Made by a program: the position numbers and the translations under genes
Assembly: GCA_965248105.1 (NCBI GenBank)
Contig: CBDFIK010000005.1
Span: 648,683-712,682, forward strand
DNA: 64,000 nucleotides
Direction: 5' to 3'
Origin: Bryobacterales bacterium
Lineage (GTDB): Bacteria; Acidobacteriota; Terriglobia; Bryobacterales; UBA6623
Part shown: positions 34,819 through 44,185 of the stretch, in pieces
How positions within the stretch are numbered: position 1 is the stretch's first letter
Layout of the letters: each line of letters opens with the position of its first letter
The notes under the pieces: model-generated
Told to the model about the DNA's origin: nothing
Seen by the model: only the letters and a program-made list of their open reading frames with translations
The model's database searches: none

Positions 34819-35839
34819 CGCCGAAAACGTCAACGAAGTCTTCCCGGGGTTGCGCAAGGCGGCGATCGCCATTGTCACTCTGGGCGACGACGTAGCCGCG
34901 GATGTGTTTCGCTTTCTCACCGAAGACGAAGTCCAACTGGTCGGGCGGGAAGTTTCGAAGCTCAACAAGGTGACTCCCGAACAAGCCGAGAACACCCTGC
35001 AAGAATTTCACGAGATGTCGATGGCGCAAGACTACTTGATGTCTGGGGGCATTGAGTACGCCAAGCGGGTAATGAACAGTGCCTTTGGTCCCGATCGAGC
35101 TCGATTGATTATCGACAGGGTGGTCAGGTCGTTGGGCGAGGAAATTTCCACCTTCGACACCCTTCAAAAGGCCGACCCTCTGCAAGTTGGCAAGTTCATC
35201 GAGGCGGAGAGTCCTCAGACGATTGCTCTGGTGTTGTCACACCTTAACAGCAGTTCGGCGGCCGGGATGCTACTGGCGTTACAACCCGATGTTCGGGCCG
35301 ATGTCGCCATGCGGATGGCCAGTCTCGACCAGATCTCGCCGGAAATCGTCAGCCGCATCGCAGGCATCCTCGATCAAAAGCTGAGCTCGCTGGGACAATT
35401 CAGCCGCGAGTCTTATGGCGGCATACCCGCTGTCGCGGAAATGTTCAACCGGCTGGAGTCGAATGCAGGCCAGGAGCTGCTCGGCCAGATCGAAGACACC
35501 GATTCGGAGATGGGGGAGGCCATCCGCAATCTCATGTTTGTCTTCGAGGATCTGCTGCTGATCGATTCCATTGGCATGCGCGAGATTCTGTCTCGAGTGG
35601 ACAAGAAAACGCTGACGATCGCACTGAAAGGGACCAGCGATGGACTGCGTGAGCACTTCTTCGGCAACATGTCGGAACGGGGAGCGGACATGTTGCAGGA
35701 GGATATGGAAGCGCTGGGGCCGATCAAGGTCCGGGACGTCGACGGGGCGCAGCAGCAGATCATCGGCATCGTGCGAGCGCTGGAGACCGAGGGTGTGATC
35801 AGTCTGAAAGGCGCGGTAGGCGAACAGTACGTTGTCTAG
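34808..35839 (+). CDS. fliG: Flagellar motor switch protein FliG
   Basis: 343 aa. GLRKAAIAIVTLGDDVAADVFRFLTEDEV..., MFVFEDLLLID..., C-terminal torque-helix region. Overlaps the fliF end by 11 nt. Confidence 0.9.
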   Translation: MISNAENVNEVFPGLRKAAIAIVTLGDDVAADVFRFLTEDEVQLVGREVSKLNKVTPEQAENTLQEFHEMSMAQDYLMSGGIEYAKRVMNSAFGPDRARLIIDRVVRSLGEEISTFDTLQKADPLQVGKFIEAESPQTIALVLSHLNSSSAAGMLLALQPDVRADVAMRMASLDQISPEIVSRIAGILDQKLSSLGQFSRESYGGIPAVAEMFNRLESNAGQELLGQIEDTDSEMGEAIRNLMFVFEDLLLIDSIGMREILSRVDKKTLTIALKGTSDGLREHFFGNMSERGADMLQEDMEALGPIKVRDVDGAQQQIIGIVRALETEGVISLKGAVGEQYVV

Positions 35840-36542
35840 GGTAATCAAGGATAGTACGGTTGCTGCCGGTCCGCTCCAACCGGCCGAGATTCAGCGCCCA
35901 CCTTTGCCTGGGCTATCCCCTTTCGCACCTAAACAAGTAGGCGAGCTGGAGTCGGGTTTAGACGCTGCCGCGTCGCGAGCAATGGGACTCGGTGCGCAAG
36001 GCGCGGCTCATGCGGCACCAGGACCAACCGAATCTCCCAAGGATGGAAAGGTCGATCTCGAGGAGGTTCGCAAGGAAGCGTTTCAGGCGGGCTTCGCCGA
36101 AGGCGAGCGAGCCGGCACCGAAAGCGCGATGCGGCAAATGCAAGGCGCGATTGCGTCATTCGGCCAGGTGGCGCACGAGCTGACGTCCGTAAAACCCCGC
36201 CTACGCGCCGAGGCGGAACGGGAACTGGTCGCGCTGTCGCTGGCCATCGCACGGCGCATCATTCATCGCGAGCTGCATGTGGACCCCACGACAGTCTTGG
36301 CGATTGTTCGCGCCTGCTTGCAAGAATTTGACCGCGTCGAGATTCAATGTTTGACCGTCAGTCCCGAGGATCTCGAGGCGGTCGCCACGTATTTCAGGGA
36401 GAACCCGGTTCCGAACTTGAAGCTGGTCGCCGACCCCAGCGTCTCCCGCGGGGGCGCCGTATTTCAGACCAACCAGGGGGAACTCGATGCCCGGATCGAG
36501 ACACAATTACAGGAGATCGAGTACGGTCTGGCGGACCGCTGA
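35832..36542 (+). CDS. fliH: Flagellar assembly protein FliH
   Basis: 236 aa. Central coiled region and C-terminal FliH/YscL-type domain (ALSLAIARRIIHRELHVDPTTVLAIV...RGGAVFQTNQGELDARIETQLQEI). TTG start overlaps the fliG end. Confidence 0.75.
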   Translation: MSRVIKDSTVAAGPLQPAEIQRPPLPGLSPFAPKQVGELESGLDAAASRAMGLGAQGAAHAAPGPTESPKDGKVDLEEVRKEAFQAGFAEGERAGTESAMRQMQGAIASFGQVAHELTSVKPRLRAEAERELVALSLAIARRIIHRELHVDPTTVLAIVRACLQEFDRVEIQCLTVSPEDLEAVATYFRENPVPNLKLVADPSVSRGGAVFQTNQGELDARIETQLQEIEYGLADR

Positions 36543-36547
36543 AAACA

Positions 36548-37876
36548 GTGAGGGAAGATCATCTCAGGCAGGTTTTGCAGTCTCAAACGGCGCGGATTGA
36601 AACGCTGAGTCCAATTCGGGCGAGCGGCGTCGTCTCGGAAGTCGTCGGGCTGCTGATTGAGTCCGACGGACCACCTGTATCGGTGGGGGATCTTTGCGAG
36701 ATTGAGACCGCTGCTGGGAACAGAGTTCGAACGCAAGTCGTCGGATTCCGTGGTCGCCGGGTGCTATCGATGCCTCTCGCGGAAGTCGATGGTCTGCAGC
36801 TTGGGATCCCGATCGTAGCTCGCCGCGAAGAGGCTCGCGTTGGGGTCGGAGAAGAGCTATTGGGCCGGGTTGTCGACGGCTTTGGACGCCCAATCGATGA
36901 CAAAGGGCCGATCCACGCCAGCAAGTTCTACGAACTTTATAAGGCTCCTCCAGGGCCGATGGAAAGAGAACCGATCGTTGAGCGGCTGACGACCAGCGTT
37001 CGCGTCATCGACGGCCTCCTTACTTGCGGCAAGGGCCAGCGGGTCGGTTTATTTGGTGGCTCTGGCGTCGGGAAAAGCACCCTGCTGGGCGCCCTGGCTC
37101 GCCATAGCGAGGCGGACGTCAACGTGATCGCGCTAATTGGCGAGCGAAACCGCGAGGTGGGCAGCTTCTTGCACGATACGCTTGGTGCGGAGGGCCTCAA
37201 AAAATCCGTGGTGGTGGCAGCCACCTCCGACCGCCCGGCGCCGGTTCGGGTCCGGGCGACCTTCCTGGCCACAGCCGTCGCTGAGTTCTTTCGCGATCAG
37301 GGGCGCGAGGTGCTGCTCATCATGGACTCGCTCACGCGGTTTGCGATGGCCCAGCGAGAGATCGGACTGGCGGCCGGCGAGCCTCCCAGCCAGAAGGGTT
37401 ACACACCATCGGTGTTCCAACTCTTGCCCAAGATTCTGGAACGGGCGGGAAATTTCGCCCGCGGGTCGATCACGGGTTTCTACACCGTCCTTGTGGAAGG
37501 CGACGACATGAACGAACCTGTGGCTGACGCTCTTCGGGCCATCCTCGACGGACACATCATCTTGTCCCGTGGGTTGGCGGAGTCCAACCACTACCCTGCC
37601 GTCGATGCTCTAGAAAGCACGAGCCGCTTGGCTAGCAGCGTTTCCGCACCGGAGCACCTCGAAAGCGCGGGTCGCCTGCGGGACTCGCTCGCTACTTATC
37701 GCCGGACCGAGGACTTGATTAACTTGGGGGCTTACGCGGAAGGGTCAAATCCGAAAGTGGACACCGCCATTCGGGCTCGAGACGAGATCCTGAGTTTCCT
37801 GAAGCAGGACTTGTCGTCCCACGAACCTTTCGAGAACACGCTCGAACAGCTCCAAGCGCTGGCAGGAAAGCTGTGA
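36548..37876 (+). CDS. fliI: Flagellum-specific ATPase FliI
   Basis: Walker A GGSGVGKST and Walker B VLLIMDSLTRFA, with an F1/T3SS ATPase fold. GTG 36548 lies 6 nt after the fliH stop. The ORF-track extension to 36347 overlaps fliH in another frame. Confidence 0.9.
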   Translation: MREDHLRQVLQSQTARIETLSPIRASGVVSEVVGLLIESDGPPVSVGDLCEIETAAGNRVRTQVVGFRGRRVLSMPLAEVDGLQLGIPIVARREEARVGVGEELLGRVVDGFGRPIDDKGPIHASKFYELYKAPPGPMEREPIVERLTTSVRVIDGLLTCGKGQRVGLFGGSGVGKSTLLGALARHSEADVNVIALIGERNREVGSFLHDTLGAEGLKKSVVVAATSDRPAPVRVRATFLATAVAEFFRDQGREVLLIMDSLTRFAMAQREIGLAAGEPPSQKGYTPSVFQLLPKILERAGNFARGSITGFYTVLVEGDDMNEPVADALRAILDGHIILSRGLAESNHYPAVDALESTSRLASSVSAPEHLESAGRLRDSLATYRRTEDLINLGAYAEGSNPKVDTAIRARDEILSFLKQDLSSHEPFENTLEQLQALAGKL

Positions 37877-38325
37877 GGGCGTTCTCGTTCCCGCTGGAAA
37901 GAGTTTTGGCCTTCCGCCGGCTGCAGCTCGACATCGCCGAGGCCGGGCTGAAGGAAACCCTTGCCCGCAAGTCTTACTTGCGACAGCGTGGAAGGGCGCT
38001 CGAGCAACAGTCGCGGCAACTGATGGATGAGACCGCGCGACTTCCCATGACAACCGGCGCCGCCTTGCGGTCTACGGACGCCTACGTAGAACGATTGGGA
38101 AGGGAACGCCGTCATGCTTCCGCAACCGAGCGAAAGCTCGAGCAGGACCGCCGCGACCAGTTAAGCGCCGTCGTAGAAGCGCGCCGCCAGGTTCGGCTCC
38201 TCGAAACGCTACGTTCGAAGAAACTGCGGCCGTACGCTAAGGCAACCGCCCGTCTACAGGAGTCCGAAGTAGCCGAACTCCATTTAGGGAAGTGGCTCCG
38301 GGTGAACCGGCGCGCCACTGAATAA
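37873..38325 (+). CDS. fliJ: Flagellar export chaperone FliJ (coiled-coil)
   Basis: 150-aa Arg/Glu/Leu-rich coiled-coil ORF. Its ATG overlaps the fliI stop by 4 nt, at the canonical position after fliI. Confidence 0.6.
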   Translation: MRAFSFPLERVLAFRRLQLDIAEAGLKETLARKSYLRQRGRALEQQSRQLMDETARLPMTTGAALRSTDAYVERLGRERRHASATERKLEQDRRDQLSAVVEARRQVRLLETLRSKKLRPYAKATARLQESEVAELHLGKWLRVNRRATE

Positions 38326-38396
38326 CGCCCAGGACTCACTCTCCCCACCGCTCCGTTACACGCCAGCCCATACCGATCTGTTGACCGCCTGGAAAT

Positions 38397-38420
38397 GTAG
38401 GGGCACGGCATGCCGTGCCC
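38397..38420. repeat. Family A palindromic repeat
   Basis: GTAGGGGCACGGCATGCCGTGCCC, preceded by CCGATCTGTTGACCGCCTGGAAAT, the same left context as the copies at 26360 and 27186. Confidence 0.9.
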
Positions 38421-38650
38421 GCGGCGACCTCTGGTCGCCGTTGCCGCGGGAACAGCCGCGTAGCCCCCTCACGGGTGCAGCTCTATCCGCGTATGGCTCA
38501 GGCCCCGTTTGATCGCGGCCTCTGCTCGGCAGGGAACGATCCGGTAGTGTACCCCGCGTTCTGAAGACCGCCGGCCGACCCGTGAAGTGATCAGATGGGC
38601 CGGCACCGGGCCAGCAGTGACAAAAAACCGCCCCGGCGACAGAAATTTGC

Positions 38651-38677
38651 TCAACCATTGGAAGGCAAGACCGATAA
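38651..38677 (+). promoter_or_regulatory. Sigma28 (FliA)-like promoter candidate for the flagellin gene
   Basis: TCAA-N15-ACCGATAA versus the consensus TAAA-N15-GCCGATAA. Lies 92 nt upstream of the fliC ATG. Confidence 0.4.
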
Positions 38678-38768
38678 GCTGCCTTGTAACTCATAAACGG
38701 GTGGGGCCCAGCCCGCACCGGCCAGGAAGGGACTCCTGGCGAAACTCATACCAAGGAAGGAAAACACT

Positions 38769-41153
38769 ATGCCAGGCTTTTCAATTGTTACCAACGTAGC
38801 GTCGTTGATCGCCCAGGAAAAACTGGGTTTTACCAATGACCTGCAACTGCGAACTATTACGAGGCTGACGTCGGGCCTCCGTATCAACTCCTCGGCGGAC
38901 GACGCGGCCGGGTTGGCCATTGCCAACCGGTTCCGGTCCGATATTTCGGTGTTGCAACAAGGCGTTCGAAACGCCGCGGACGGACTCAGCACCCTGCAAA
39001 CCATCGACGGCGGCCTCAACAACATTTCGCTGCTGATTGACCGTGCCAGAACGCTGGCCACGCAGTCGGCATCCGGCACGTTTACGGGCGACCGAGCCGT
39101 GCTGAACACCGAGTTCACATCGGTTCTCACCGAAATCGACCGCCAGGCCCAGGCTATCGGCCTCGATCCGAGCGGCTCATTCAACGCGCTGCTGTCGGTA
39201 TTCATCGGCGGCGGGCGCGCTAACAACAACATCACGGAGACCACCAACGGATCGGTTCAGATCGACCTAAGTAATTCGTCCGTCAATGCCAATAGGCTCG
39301 GCCTGAAGGGTGTCCAAGCGCTAGGAGGCACTGAGGGGACCACCGATATCGGCAGTTCCTCGACCACCAGCGTGCAATCAATCGCCGCGGATACGACGAA
39401 CACGGGCTCGGTGCGCACCAGCGGCTTTACGGAGTTTCACTTCGTCGGCCCCGGTTTCGCGGACACGGATCAGGCGCAGCTTTCCGTGAACCTAACGGGT
39501 GTGGTCGACACCACGACCCTGGCCAGCGCGATCAATTCCGCCATTTCTGGGTTCTCGGTCAGCTCCTCCTCGGGGCAGGCCTTCAAGGACGCTGGCATCA
39601 AGGCCGTAATCAATACGGATACGACCGGAAAGCAGCAGTTGGCCTTCACCTCCAGCAGTACGGCATTTCAAGTGCAGGCCGGCGACCAATTGGCCAATGC
39701 GTTGCTCGGTAACTTCAGCAGCGGCGCGACCGGCGAATCGCTCAACGTCACCCGCACCGGCGCCGCGACGGGCGGTGTCGCAACGGCCGGCACCATCAAA
39801 GTTCGCATCGACGGTGGCGGGCTAACGACGGCGCAGACTCTTACCGTTACCGCAGCCGGCGGTGAGAATCAAACCGCTCTTACAGCCCTTCTGAACACCC
39901 AACTGCTGGCCAACACCAGCCTGGTTTCGGCCGGCTACTCGGTGTCGTCCGACGGCACGAACCTGACTATCACGAACGACGAGGGTGAGAGGTTCGACGT
40001 GATTGTCGCCGGGGACGTGGGCGACACGTTTGGGTTCGGTACGGGCGAGCTGGGCGGCGGCGTGCACGGCACGGCTACCGACGTGACCTACTCCACCATT
40101 ACCGGCAGCGCGGCTTTCGACAACACCGTCGGCGGAACCGCGACGCTTTCGATCTACGTCGAGGGTTCGGAAGGCGCCAGCTCCGAGACCTTGGCGGTCG
40201 TAGTCGCCACGGATACAACCGATGTCGAACTGGTCGACCAGATCAATTCCCTGATCCAGGCGAACTCCTTGTTGAGCACCACCGACATACAGGCTACGCA
40301 GACGGGCGGTACGATTACGCTTGCATCCGCCTCTGGCACGCTGTTCCGGATCTCGGTGGACGATCTCGCGACGCCTGCTCTGAAGTTCGGCGACAACGAT
40401 ACCGGCAGCATCACCGCCGGCACTTTCGCCGAAGCGGTGGACAGCACGAACTTCATCAACTCCGGGGGAGCCCAGGCGACAGCCTCCACGGCCTTCACCA
40501 GGCTCAACTTCGGAGATGACGTTCAAAGCCTGGCCTTCAGCGCGAAGGACTCGGCCGGCGTGGTCCAGAACCTGGTCGTGAACCTCAGTTTCGCTAATTC
40601 GTTCACGCTTGACCAGGCGGTCGACAGGATCAACAGTGAGTTGCAGGCATCGAACAACAGCACGCTGAAACAGATCGTGGCTGTGAAAGAGAGAGTTGCC
40701 GGCGGTACCACCGAGAATATCCGTTTCCTCAGTACGCTGTCGTCCGGTTTCTCGGTGAGTATTGGCGACTTGGTCAACGACCACGGTGTTGCCAACACGG
40801 ACTCGAGCGCCCTACTGAAGGCTTCCACGCAGCTCGCGGGAGGCTCGGTCGCCGACATCTCTTCGAAAGAAAACGCGGAGACCGCGGTGACGCTGCTGGC
40901 GACCGCCGTGTCGAAACTGGCGGCGGTTCAAGCCGACGTCGGTAAGGGCCAGAACCAGTTACAATTCGCGATTGGTCTGGCTACGACTCAGATCACCAAC
41001 CTCTCGGCTGCCGAAAGTCGGATCCGAGATGCCGACCTGGCGGCTGAAGCGGCCAACCTTACTCGAGCCGCCATTCTGCAGCAGGCCGGCGTGGCTGCAC
41101 TGGCGCAAGCCAACTCCGCGCCACAAGCCGTTCTGGCACTGCTACGAGGATAA
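38769..41153 (+). CDS. fliC: Flagellin, giant form (794 aa) with a repetitive central region
   Basis: N-terminal D0/D1 (LRINSSADDAAGLAIANRFRSDISVLQQGVRNAADGLSTLQTIDGGL) and C-terminal D1/D0 (QNQLQFAIGLATTQITNLSAAESRIRDADLAAEAANLTRAAILQQAGVAALAQANSAPQAVLALLRG). The ~550-aa insert holds four IN-motif-like modules. Confidence 0.9.
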   Translation: MPGFSIVTNVASLIAQEKLGFTNDLQLRTITRLTSGLRINSSADDAAGLAIANRFRSDISVLQQGVRNAADGLSTLQTIDGGLNNISLLIDRARTLATQSASGTFTGDRAVLNTEFTSVLTEIDRQAQAIGLDPSGSFNALLSVFIGGGRANNNITETTNGSVQIDLSNSSVNANRLGLKGVQALGGTEGTTDIGSSSTTSVQSIAADTTNTGSVRTSGFTEFHFVGPGFADTDQAQLSVNLTGVVDTTTLASAINSAISGFSVSSSSGQAFKDAGIKAVINTDTTGKQQLAFTSSSTAFQVQAGDQLANALLGNFSSGATGESLNVTRTGAATGGVATAGTIKVRIDGGGLTTAQTLTVTAAGGENQTALTALLNTQLLANTSLVSAGYSVSSDGTNLTITNDEGERFDVIVAGDVGDTFGFGTGELGGGVHGTATDVTYSTITGSAAFDNTVGGTATLSIYVEGSEGASSETLAVVVATDTTDVELVDQINSLIQANSLLSTTDIQATQTGGTITLASASGTLFRISVDDLATPALKFGDNDTGSITAGTFAEAVDSTNFINSGGAQATASTAFTRLNFGDDVQSLAFSAKDSAGVVQNLVVNLSFANSFTLDQAVDRINSELQASNNSTLKQIVAVKERVAGGTTENIRFLSTLSSGFSVSIGDLVNDHGVANTDSSALLKASTQLAGGSVADISSKENAETAVTLLATAVSKLAAVQADVGKGQNQLQFAIGLATTQITNLSAAESRIRDADLAAEAANLTRAAILQQAGVAALAQANSAPQAVLALLRG

Positions 41154-41183
41154 TTTATCCCCCCTCTCCTCGAATCTCCTCTA

Positions 41184-41214
41184 CCCGCCCGGTCATCCCG
41201 GGCGGGCTTTTTTT
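41184..41214 (+). terminator. Rho-independent terminator of fliC
   Basis: CCCGCCCGG (41184-41192), loop TCATC, CCGGGCGGG (41198-41206), then C plus a T7 run (41208-41214), 31 nt after the stop codon. Confidence 0.75.
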
Positions 41215-41242
41215 ATCCGTCGCGAAGCCCTGCTAGCAGCCC

Positions 41243-41294
41243 GTGGTGGCGCACGCATTCTTGCGTGCCGTGTCCCCATTCGTGGCGACATGCC
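41243..41294 (+). repeat. Family B twin-hairpin repeat, copy B1
   Basis: GTGGTGGCGCACGCATTCTTGCGTGCCGTGTCCCCATTCGTGGCGACATGCC. The hairpins are GCACGCA-TTCT-TGCGTGC and GTC(C/G)CCA-TTCG-TGGCGAC. Confidence 0.85.
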
Positions 41295-41671
41295 TGCTGG
41301 CGCAGCGGATACTAAATCACGTGGTTGCTCCTCCCGAACCCCAAAACGTTACATGCTGCAAGCGGCCCAAAAACCTAATTCGGACAGCTCAGCGACATGT
41401 CGCCCTGGGGCCGCCTGTTGCCACCTTCCGCGTCCCTACAAGCAGAGACCCAGAAGCTGACCTTCCACCGTGTATGCGCCTCACCGTCTTCTATGGCAAA
41501 ATAGGGAACGCTGTCAAAAGTGATCTTCATGACCCTTCACAACAGCGTAGCGGACACAGACACGGTGCGGGCCCTTCGGCACCGCCCAGGCCGACCAGCC
41601 TAGAGCAGAAGAAATCCAATACCGGCCAGGCGCCTCTGTCCTGACGTGAATCAATGAACGGGAGTTCATCT

Positions 41672-42763
41672 ATGAAACTTGGCTTCTTCATGATGCCGCT
41701 GCACCCGCCGGAGAAATCGCGGACGGAGTGTTTCGAGGAAGACGTGGAGTTTGTCGTCCACGCCGACGAGCTGGGGTTTACCGAGGGCTGGATCGGCCAG
41801 CACCACACCTTGGAGTGGGAGCCGATTCCCTCTAACGATGTCTTCATCGCCTATTGTCTGCCGCAGACCAAGAACATTCGTCTCGGCACGGGTGTCTCGA
41901 TCATTCCCCAGCACCATCCAGTGAACGTTGCCGTGCGTCTCGCGTTTCTCGATCATCTTGCGCGGGGGCGTTTCAACTGCGGCTTCGGGCAAGGGGGCTC
42001 GCCGACCGATTGGGGGCTGTTCGATCTGCCCGATCCCAAAACACAAGGGCTGATGACGCTCGAAGGGATCGACATGATCCTCAAACTCTGGCAAACGGAC
42101 CCGCCTTTCGACTTCCAAGGCAAGTTCTGGCGCATCAAGGTCGAAAACCCCAACCACGAATTGAAGATGGGAACGCTGCTGAAACCCTACCAAAAGCCGC
42201 ATCCGCCGATCGGGATGAGCGTGATCCGTGGCGAGTCAATGGCAGCGCGAATGGCCGGAGCGCGAGGCTATATGCCGATCAGCACAAACTTGGTGCCCCG
42301 CAACATTCTGCCGGTTCACTGGAAAACGTATTGCGAGGGCGCTCGGGAGAAAGGGCGCCCAGAGCCGGACCGCTCGATGTGGAGAGTTTCTCGCAGCATC
42401 TACATCGGCGAATCAAACGATGAGGCCTGGGACCACGTACTCAACGGCACGTTCAAGACTTCGTTTGACTATCTGGTCGGAATTCTCACGGCGGCGAAAT
42501 TCCTCTCCCTGGTGAAGGCTGATCCCGACATGGCCGACGAAGAGGTCACTACTGAATACATGTTGAAGAAAGTATGCATTATAGGGGACGTCAAGTCCTG
42601 CATCCGGCAACTAGAAGAGGTCTGGGAAGCGAGCGGGGGTTTCGGGACCCTCCTGATGACTTCCAAGGACTGGGACGACAAGGCCAGATGGCGCCGCTCG
42701 ATGGACTGGTTGGCCACGAAGGTGTTGCCCGCGCTGCCGACGGTGGGAGCCAAGGTCGCTTGA
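41672..42763 (+). CDS. LLM-class (luciferase-like) flavin-dependent oxidoreductase
   Basis: MKLGFFMMPLHPPEKSR...ADELGFTEGWIGQHHT..., a typical LLM TIM-barrel N-terminus. ATG 41672 has a GGGAG 7 nt upstream. Confidence 0.8.
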   Translation: MKLGFFMMPLHPPEKSRTECFEEDVEFVVHADELGFTEGWIGQHHTLEWEPIPSNDVFIAYCLPQTKNIRLGTGVSIIPQHHPVNVAVRLAFLDHLARGRFNCGFGQGGSPTDWGLFDLPDPKTQGLMTLEGIDMILKLWQTDPPFDFQGKFWRIKVENPNHELKMGTLLKPYQKPHPPIGMSVIRGESMAARMAGARGYMPISTNLVPRNILPVHWKTYCEGAREKGRPEPDRSMWRVSRSIYIGESNDEAWDHVLNGTFKTSFDYLVGILTAAKFLSLVKADPDMADEEVTTEYMLKKVCIIGDVKSCIRQLEEVWEASGGFGTLLMTSKDWDDKARWRRSMDWLATKVLPALPTVGAKVA

Positions 42764-42826
42764 GCGCGTTTCCGCCGTAGTTGCGTTTCCGCTGCAAAAT
42801 ACGCTTGCGGCTCGCGGCGGGGACCC

Positions 42827-42883
42827 GTAGTGGCGCACGCATTCTTGCGTGCCGCGTCGCCATTCGTGGCGACACGGCACGCC
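42827..42883 (+). repeat. Family B twin-hairpin repeat, copy B2
   Basis: GTAGTGGCGCACGCATTCTTGCGTGCCGCGTCGCCATTCGTGGCGACACGGCACGCC, in the same orientation as B1. B1 and B2 bracket exactly one gene. Confidence 0.85.
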
Positions 42884-42922
42884 CGTACATGACAAACGGT
42901 GCAAGTCGGGAGAGGAGACACT

Positions 42923-43969
42923 GTGATTACGAAAACAAGCGAGGAGCTTCACCGGGTACACGAAGATGTGCTTAAGGCTGTGGGAACACCGGACGATATC
43001 GCAACAATTGTCGCCGACATACTCGTCGGCGCGCATCTTGCCGGCCACGACTCGCACGGCATTCAGCACCTGCCACGCTACGTGCAAGAGGTGGGGCAGA
43101 GCCACATCGTTCCCGCCGCGCGTCCTGAGATCGTCTCGGAGAAAGGAAGCGTGGTATTCGCGCGCGGCAACTGGGGCTGGGGACACTTCACGGCGCACTT
43201 TCTGACGGATGTCGCCATCAAGAGGGCGAAGGAACACGGAGTCGTGTTGGCCGGCGCCGTCGAAGTAAACCACATCGGACGGCTTGGCCACTATGCGGAA
43301 ATGGCCGCGGCGGGGGACGTGGTTTTGATGGTCTTTAACGGCGGCTTTTCGCGGAACATCCCAACCGCGGCGCCTTACGGAGGGCGCAAGGCACTTCTCG
43401 CTCCGAACCCAATAGGCATGGGCTTCCCGACTTCCCAAGGGCCACCCGTGGTGCTCGACTTCGCCACCACCCGAATCGCAGGCGGCAAAGTTGCCCTGGC
43501 CGCCGCCAAGGGCGTCGAGGTGCCGCCGGGATGCATCATCGACAAGGACGGCAACCCGACCACGGATCCGAATGTATGGCCCAAAGGCGGGGGAGCACTA
43601 CTGCCCTTCGGCGAGCATAAAGGGTTTGGCATCATGGTCGCCCTTGAAATCCTCAGCCGAATCCTCGCCGGCTCCGAGAACTACGCCGAAACCGAGCACG
43701 GCGGCCCGCACATGCGAACCGCCGGCTTGACGATGGTAGCCATCGACAGCGGCGTGTTTTCGTCGAAAGACGAATTCGCGACCCGGACTTCAGATTTGGT
43801 ACAGCGCATCCAAGCCGTTCCGCCCGCCGTCGGCGTCGAGCGAGTCATGGCGCCTGGAGATTTCGAACATCGCGAGCGCACACGCCGTTTGAAAGAGGGC
43901 ATTCAAATCCCCGAATCGACTTGGAAGGATGTAGTGAGCGCAGCCGACGCGCTCGGTGTGAAGGTCTAG
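42923..43969 (+). CDS. Ldh_2 family (malate/L-lactate/ureidoglycolate dehydrogenase type 2) oxidoreductase
   Basis: VGAHLAGHDSHGIQHLPRYV signature and ...LLPFGEHKGFGIMVALEIL. GTG 42923 is preceded by AGGAG. Confidence 0.8.
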   Translation: MITKTSEELHRVHEDVLKAVGTPDDIATIVADILVGAHLAGHDSHGIQHLPRYVQEVGQSHIVPAARPEIVSEKGSVVFARGNWGWGHFTAHFLTDVAIKRAKEHGVVLAGAVEVNHIGRLGHYAEMAAAGDVVLMVFNGGFSRNIPTAAPYGGRKALLAPNPIGMGFPTSQGPPVVLDFATTRIAGGKVALAAAKGVEVPPGCIIDKDGNPTTDPNVWPKGGGALLPFGEHKGFGIMVALEILSRILAGSENYAETEHGGPHMRTAGLTMVAIDSGVFSSKDEFATRTSDLVQRIQAVPPAVGVERVMAPGDFEHRERTRRLKEGIQIPESTWKDVVSAADALGVKV

Positions 43970-44185
43970 CATCCCAAACGGCGACGCGCGTCAGCGAACG
44001 GTCCAGAGATCGGGTCCAAGAACCGATCTATTACGTAGGGCGCCAAAGAAACGGGTAACTGCCGCCTTGCTGACCAGGGCCGCAGCCGCGGGGATCCCGG
44101 GCCTCATGCCCTGCGGTTCCCAACGTGGCATGCAAAGGCCTGGACACTCTCCCGGGGCGTGCTGATATTCCCGCTCCCCACTCCA

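Noticed and set aside
39822-40784. 320-aa ORF on the minus strand
   Set aside because: It is antisense to the flagellin central region, where the repetitive GC-rich codons keep the opposite frame open.
42611-43438. 275-aa ORF on the minus strand
   Set aside because: It overlaps the LLM gene end, repeat B2 and the Ldh_2 gene on the opposite strand, and has no motifs.
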